NCBI RefSeq assembly: GCF_009914755.1
Contig: NC_060927.1
From: the human T2T-CHM13v2.0 reference genome, Homo sapiens
Reading direction: 5' to 3' (one strand)
Length of the DNA: 64,000 nucleotides
Positions 56,965 through 64,000 of the stretch are shown here, piece after piece (position 1 is the first letter of the stretch; the number at the start of each line of letters is the position of its first letter). Under the pieces are notes generated by a model, which had not been told where the DNA came from, did no database searches, and worked only from the letters and a program-made list of their open reading frames with translations. The position numbers and the translations under genes were made by a program.

Positions 56965-57085
56965 CTGCTCTCTCTAGTCTCCTTGAGGGCAGAGGACTCC
57001 CCTAATTTCCTGTGTATTTCCAGCGCTTGTTTCCGTGTCTGGTTCTGAGATAGTCTACACAGAGTGTTTTTTGGGGAATGTGCAA
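56965..57085 (+). mobile_element. L2 3' end
   Basis: ctccttgagggcag..tgtatttccagcgctt..gtgtctgg. Confidence 0.55.
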
Positions 57086-57239
57086 GGGTTTCTTCTTGGC
57101 AACAATTGACTTCTACTGTTTTACAAAGTACAGAGAGGCTGTGCTCTGTTGCTGATGGGGTTACTTGATTCTGTGAAGTGCTCTTTTCTGACTGGTATTA
57201 GCAAGTAACGCAAACCCAAATTTTAAAAATGATAGAATC

Positions 57240-57575
<336 letters not shown>

Positions 57576-57854
57576 TCATATGTGGAGGCAGTGCATGTTT
57601 AGCAAACCTGGGGCCCTGGGAGCCACCACTGACTGTTAGGACCACTTTAGTGCCTGTGCTGTAAGCCAGGATTTTGAAGTTCTTGGGGGCAATTTTGCTT
57701 TAAGCAGTGTTAGGGAACTCTTTACAGGTTTGTGAGCTGGGAGTGACAAGCCATTATTTTATCCACACCAAAGCTTTGAATGATAAAGGGGTTGAACCAC
57801 TGTCATTCATTAAATTCATTAACTGTTGGAATTCCTCTAAGGATCTATCTGCAG

Positions 57855-58660
57855 GCCCCTTCTCTTCTCACTCTGTACACGGTCTCCCCAGGCAACTTCA
57901 TAATGGCTAAAATTACCATCTATTCCAAGAGCATGCTCAAATTGATATTTCTGGCTGAAATCTCCCTTTTGAGATTAAAGCCCTTATCACCTACTTCCTC
58001 CTTGACGCCGGAGTTCTCAGGACACCTTAAAACCAAGTTCAGTATCTCTGCCCATTTCTGCTTCCTTACCTTTAAACCTGTTCCTCATTCAGTCCTTTCT
58101 GTCCCCAGGAGTGGCAGAAACATAATCCATTTGCCCTAGCCTCAAACCTGGGATGTCTGTCTTCCTCCGTCTACAATTAATCATCAGCCAGCTCCTATCA
58201 GTGTCACTTGAATCCATATTTTCTCCCCTACTCACTGCCACCACTAAATAGTAATCTCTTGCCTTCTGTGGAAGCTGTAGAACATCGCTTCAAGTTTACC
58301 CTCTTGTGACCCACTGTTGTCTACACAGAAAATCTGGAGGAACCTTTAAAAATGGGAATATGAATGTATCACTCCTGTGTCAGTAACTATTCTGGGACCA
58401 TTTTTGTGGCTTCCAATAGGTCTCAGGATACATCCTAGGATCCAGCAATGACTTTTCTTAATTTCTCGCCCTTTCTACTTACCGTGCCCCAGGTCAAGCC
58501 CACAATTTTCCCTACACCTACTGCTGTCTCTACTCAGAAACGCTTTCCCTCCTCCCAACCTGCTTCACCTGGTTGAATTCTAGCTCCTGTTTCAGAAGCT
58601 TAGCTTTAATCACTTCCTTCAGGAGGCTTTTCTTGCCCCCAGCTAAGTCAGAGCCTTACT
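57855..58660 (+). mobile_element. L2 fragment
   Basis: cttctcactct..aattaccatctat..aaacctgttcctc..aaacctggg..cactgccacc..tcacttccttcaggaggctttt. Confidence 0.7.
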
Positions 58661-59602
58661 CTTCTCCCACCCACCCTTGCTCTGCTACTGACAATGAAGA
58701 ATTGCTTGAAAGGGGCAAAAATAGAGAGAAACTAGATACTGACACAGGCACGCAGGCAAAAGGAATGGTTAGAAAAAAGGAATTGCTGGTCAATTTCGCC
58801 ATTATTGACTTTGTCCCTTGGTATTTAAAAACCTAGGCAGGTCCCCTAGTATCAGTGCCTCTAGGAACGTGAGCACTTCTGGATGCCGGGCAGCACTTCT
58901 AAAGGTTACCTACGGGCTCCCTAGTAAATTAAGGTTGTATATTGCAATGGCAATTAAGCAGTGTAATAAATGTGATTGTTGTGGTGGTTCTATGGGGAGG
59001 GGAGACTCTTCCCACAGGCTGGGTTCCTTTCCTGCTGCTTGTCTAATTAACATAATTTCTAGCCCCAAGGCTCACTGCTGCATTTTCTTCTCCAATGTAG
59101 AAGGGTGATGGAGATGCACCTTCCATTCTTTCAGCACGTCAGTCATACTAAACTACACTCTGTGAGGGCCAGGGGAAGGAAACAAAAACCCTTCTGTGTA
59201 TGTAGAGTAAGAAGTTCTACTCTAAAGCACAAATGCTCCAGAGAAAATACAAGGGAGTGTATTTTCTGCTGCTGTACAATCTGCTGCTCTCTTCAGATGC
59301 TTTGACCTGTTCCTATAGTGACTTTGTCACATGATTCTGAATTTAAGGATACATCTACTTCCTACATAAGACTAAGTTGCAAACCAGCTGCAAATATGTA
59401 GTACTCCCTTGGATGAAGAGTGTTGGATTGGAAATCTGGGGAGAGGACAGACTCATTGGTCTTCCAGTTTGTTTTCCTAGAGATTTCTTGAGAGTAATTT
59501 TGACGATGCCCTGCTTGGTTTCATGTTACTTGCTGACTTCAGCACCTAAATCCCTTCCCTGCCCAACTTCCCGCCTCCACCAAACATACTGGTTCCTTAC
59601 TG

Positions 59603-59747
59603 AGGTTTGAATGTAGGTTTGAATGTATGCATGGTTCCCTGTTAAAGTTCTCTTGTTTGAGGTTCATTTTTTAATAACCCTTGGCAGTGTGCTGGGAAAT
59701 GTGTTAGTGGTATTAGTGGTGGTGTGCTGGGAAATGTATTGGTGGTA
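59603..59747. repeat. Cluster of short direct duplications
   Basis: aggtttgaatgt x2 (59603-59626); gtgtgctgggaaatgtRttRgtggta x2 (59687-59712, 59722-59747). Confidence 0.9.
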
Positions 59748-61677
59748 AATTTGTATATGTTTGTTTAAAGATGAGTGTAATGTTGAGAGAGGTTGGGCTG
59801 GTGATGGTGTTGAAACACAGGATCTCAGACTCTTAGGGCTGGGGAAAGCTATTAATACCATCTGCTCTCATCACTTTGATGTTCTGTATAGGGCTGGTTT
59901 GTAGAGCCTTTCTATTAGATGAGGTAAGCAATAGGGACCTTCAGAGATTCGTGGGGAGACGTTTATTCTAGCCCTGAAAAAATGGCACAGTATGAGCTGG
60001 CAGGATTGGAGAGAGGAGGCTAGACTCAAGCGAAGCCAGGGGGAGAATTTAAGGTGAAGATTTGTCAGACACTGACACTTGTAAGATACTTCCCTTGCAA
60101 AACCGCATACTACATCCATTATTTTTCCTTAAGTTATAGCAGTGGTCCACTGGAAATGTTTTGTGGTGATATTATGGGAATTCTGCAGCATAAGGATGAA
60201 CAGATGAGAATATCTCAATGAGATGTGGAGTTGGAGGACTTAACAAATCAGATGAGAAAGGACAAGCTTGAAGACAGATCAGTTTAGGTAAAAGTGATTG
60301 CATGCATGTGAGTTTGATTGAACAGTACCAACATGTCCTGAGCAAGATGGGAAACTTTCCTAATAATCATCTGATGGAATCAAGTTGTGATAAATTGTTA
60401 TCATCATAGTATTATTTCAATTTAATGGCCATACATAATGGCATCTCCCAGCAATTAATCTAACATTAACCTCCACCTTAGTTATTGAATGTATACTGTG
60501 GTTTAGGCTGAAAACATGATGGATAAGAATTACTGACTGCTTTGGATCTGTATACGATATGTCATAGCCTTGAACTTTATTCTGTTCTGCTTCAGTCTTT
60601 TTCAGACCTTCCTGTACGAACCCAAGTCTTTATTATTTGTGACCCAATAGCATGTTAGATGTTTTTAACTGGAAAATGTGAATGGCCACTTTTTTTTTCT
60701 CTTACGCGAAGTAAATGCTATGTAAATTGATTTTTAATGCTTTTATTGTCCCACAGGAAGATAAAAACCATTAGCTAATGACAATGGTAATGTTTAAATA
60801 GTTTTTAATTTTAAAATAATATTTGTAACCTGCAATGCTATGCTATCTCATTTTGGACTTAGCGAAAATGTGTGAGCATCTACAGAAATGTATGTGAATT
60901 AGGCTCCAGGAATAAAATTGCATAAAAGTACAACTGTGGCTTAAATCTATTTATATGTATGCTTGGATCCTGAGCAATATAGATACCTGGCTAGAAACCT
61001 GGCTGTTCCATTATAACTGAATGTCAAATTCCCCACAGTTAGTCATTATTAAAAATACCCTTGTCTTAAATTTACTTTGGCACGGGAATGTTCTTGGTGA
61101 TTACCATACTGTGTTACTCTAGGGAGTTAAAGATTTATATTATGTTTCAGTTCTACTGAAATAATAGCATTCGTAGGCACACAGATATCTCTATGTGTAT
61201 ACTGATATACTTGAGAAAGTTCTCCTTTAACAACAGGTGATTTTAATATTATCTGAAATGAAATAAAAATACTTTGTTTCATAGCACTGTGGAGTGTCAA
61301 CAGAAATCTTATTTGTTCTTTACTCCTAAAATAGGAGTATAACACAAAGTAATATGTTATGCTCACTAAAGAACAGAATCTCAATTTCAGAGATAGAATT
61401 GCCAAGTTCATTATTTCTGGAGAAAGGAACAAATATTAACCCCTTAGTTTAACCTGAAAATGAAAGAGCATGTGGACTAAGGGGAAAAAAATTATATATA
61501 TATATATATGAAAAATTGACTTTTCTGTCTTTTAGTTGTATGTCTTTATCTCCAACAGATATGTGATTATCCTCCAGAGAGGACCATGAGAATTTATTTT
61601 TAATTTTCATTCTGTTAATTACTTGTGTAACATATGTATGTCCCCATAACAGCCAGTGCTCACTCGCGTGCACGCTG

Positions 61678-61711
<34 letters not shown>
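61678..61711. repeat. (TC)n(AC)n compound microsatellite
   Basis: tctctc..cacaca. Confidence 0.95.
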
Positions 61712-62859
61712 GCTTACTACATATTCATACATTTATTCTACAGGGAAGAAGAGACAGTTGGAGACACTAATATTCCAGCTGTCGGCAGCAGAATCATTTC
61801 ACAACCTTCTTCCCAGAACTTTTGGTCATACTTACTATTCTTGCCCCTCAGCCTCACTACTCACTGAAAAAATATTTAATGTGGATCTAGTCAGTTCCAG
61901 TTTGGTTAGTTTAAAGAGATCCAGGAAGACTGAGCAATCATTTACTAATCTGTATTCTAAAAAACCAGCTCAAGAATTAATTCAATTAGATATGCCAGTC
62001 ACCATATCTGGAGATTAAAAGCAGGCAAACAGAAGGGAAATAAGGAAAATGAAGCAGGGCAAATGGGACTATTACTGACATATTAAAATGAAAGACTATA
62101 CTAAGACTTCTCATATGCGTATATTGAGATTTTTCCTGCTGGCAATGATCAAGTACAATTACATACCTTTTGTATGACATTTCTGATTGGAAAGGTTATG
62201 TGACATGCAGGGAGGGGTCTTAGTTATTGGCTCTTTAGCTATTTCCCTCTTTATCCTGGAATAGTACCACAGTGTGTTTTTCACTCCTTTAAAACATTCT
62301 TTAATGAAATTGCTTTGCGTCATCCCTGTCTCTGTGCTTTGCCTCTTTTATTCCATTGACTTGTTTAGGGTACATAGGAAATTAGGTTGAAAATGTGTTA
62401 GTATTCCACATTAATATTAACTTGAAGTCTTTCCCTTGTATCACTAAATCACTACAGATAAAAACTTGTACTGTGAATGCATGCTGCTTGTCTATAAATA
62501 TCACCTGAAACAGCAAATAAAGCCATGTATGTTTAACTGAGAAGAGTTGAGAATTAATGCTAAATTAAAATATTGTCACACAGATTAGGAGAGGCATACA
62601 CACACACAGTCTCTGATGCCTTTCTCTTTACTGTGAACACTGAATAATAATTATTTGACGAAGGTAGTGCGTTGTAAATATTTATAAACAGAAATGTAAA
62701 ACAGTGAGACCACAGTGAATAAATTATTTTGAAATATTTTAAAATCCAGTTTTTATATGCTTTTTAGTAAAAATTATTCATGGTGATCAATATTTCTTTC
62801 TCACTTGCCATCTGCTCCACTTCTTTGCCTGTGCAGTTCTAGGTGAATGATGCACTGTG

Positions 62860-63060
62860 CTGTATAATGTACTCCACAAATTTATTGACTTGGATGCAGC
62901 ATTTTTATGGAGAGCAGGCAAACATGTAATCACTAAACACAAGTCTTCTGCTGTTGTAATTGCCAGCTCCTTCCTAACCACGGGAACAATTAGGTGATCA
63001 TTAAATGGCTTCCAAGGGGATGCCTTCCTCTCCTGTCTTACTGCTGGTGTCATTTAGTAG
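62860..63060. promoter_or_regulatory. Candidate conserved enhancer
   Basis: TTTATTG 62881, TTTTATGG 62903, ACAATTA and several TAAT/ATTA cores in a long repeat-poor stretch. Confidence 0.35.
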
Positions 63061-63331
63061 CTTCTGCAGGAGAAGGTGGAAGAAATCTATTCCACGTAGT
63101 CCTGGAGTGACTGGTCAAAAGGATTTCATCTTGTGTCTTACAGGCAATTTGTGAAGAGCCCCTGTTTTCATGCGATTCCATTTTAATTCAGTTGCAGCAT
63201 CCAGTTTTGCACTATTGAATCACCCCACTTGAAAGCCTCAGAGAGGGGCTTTTGGGCTGAAACAATGACACTTAGGTGGTTTGACCACCCCTTTCTTAGT
63301 CTGAAAGCAGATGTCTGTATCCACTTACTAA

Positions 63332-63838
<507 letters not shown>

Positions 63839-63889
63839 TGGAATTATCTTGAATCGGGTAAAATCATAGCAACCTAGTAATGCTGCCTG

Positions 63890-64000
63890 TAATTTGAAGA
63901 CACCTGAAGGTCAAGGGTTCTTAATGCTGCCTCTCCTATGAAGCCATCCCTGATTCTCTTAATTTAAATTAATTGCCCTCTTTTATATGCCTCCATAGTT
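63890..64000 (+). mobile_element. L2 fragment
   Basis: aatgctgcctctcctatgaagccatccctgat. Confidence 0.45.

Overview
Primate (almost certainly human) genomic DNA with no protein-coding exon, RNA gene or CRISPR-like structure that I can support. The listed ORFs are repeat-derived or chance. The window holds about 26 Alu copies, six L1 fragments (all on the - strand), many MIR/L2 relics, five MaLR LTRs and DNA-transposon fossils (three MER20, MER58A, MER5, MER96-like, Tigger4b). Several repeat-free blocks are rich in homeodomain, Sox and E-box motifs and look like conserved enhancers. The L1 strand bias and + strand splice signals suggest the interior of a long intron of a + strand gene. My unverified guess is FTO intron 8. 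Best leads: (1) a non-Alu 54-bp near-perfect inverted repeat (24653-24715 vs 25584-25638) whose two core mismatches are G.U pairs in + strand RNA; (2) a candidate recursive splice site CAG|GTGAGG at 33318; (3) a MER20-derived candidate poison exon at 317-544 and a candidate cryptic exon at 50361-50539; (4) three template-switch hairpins and two triplicated target sites inside repeats. I found no convincing new biological system. Repeat names and subfamilies were assigned by eye from remembered consensus sequences, and boundaries of old repeats are approximate.
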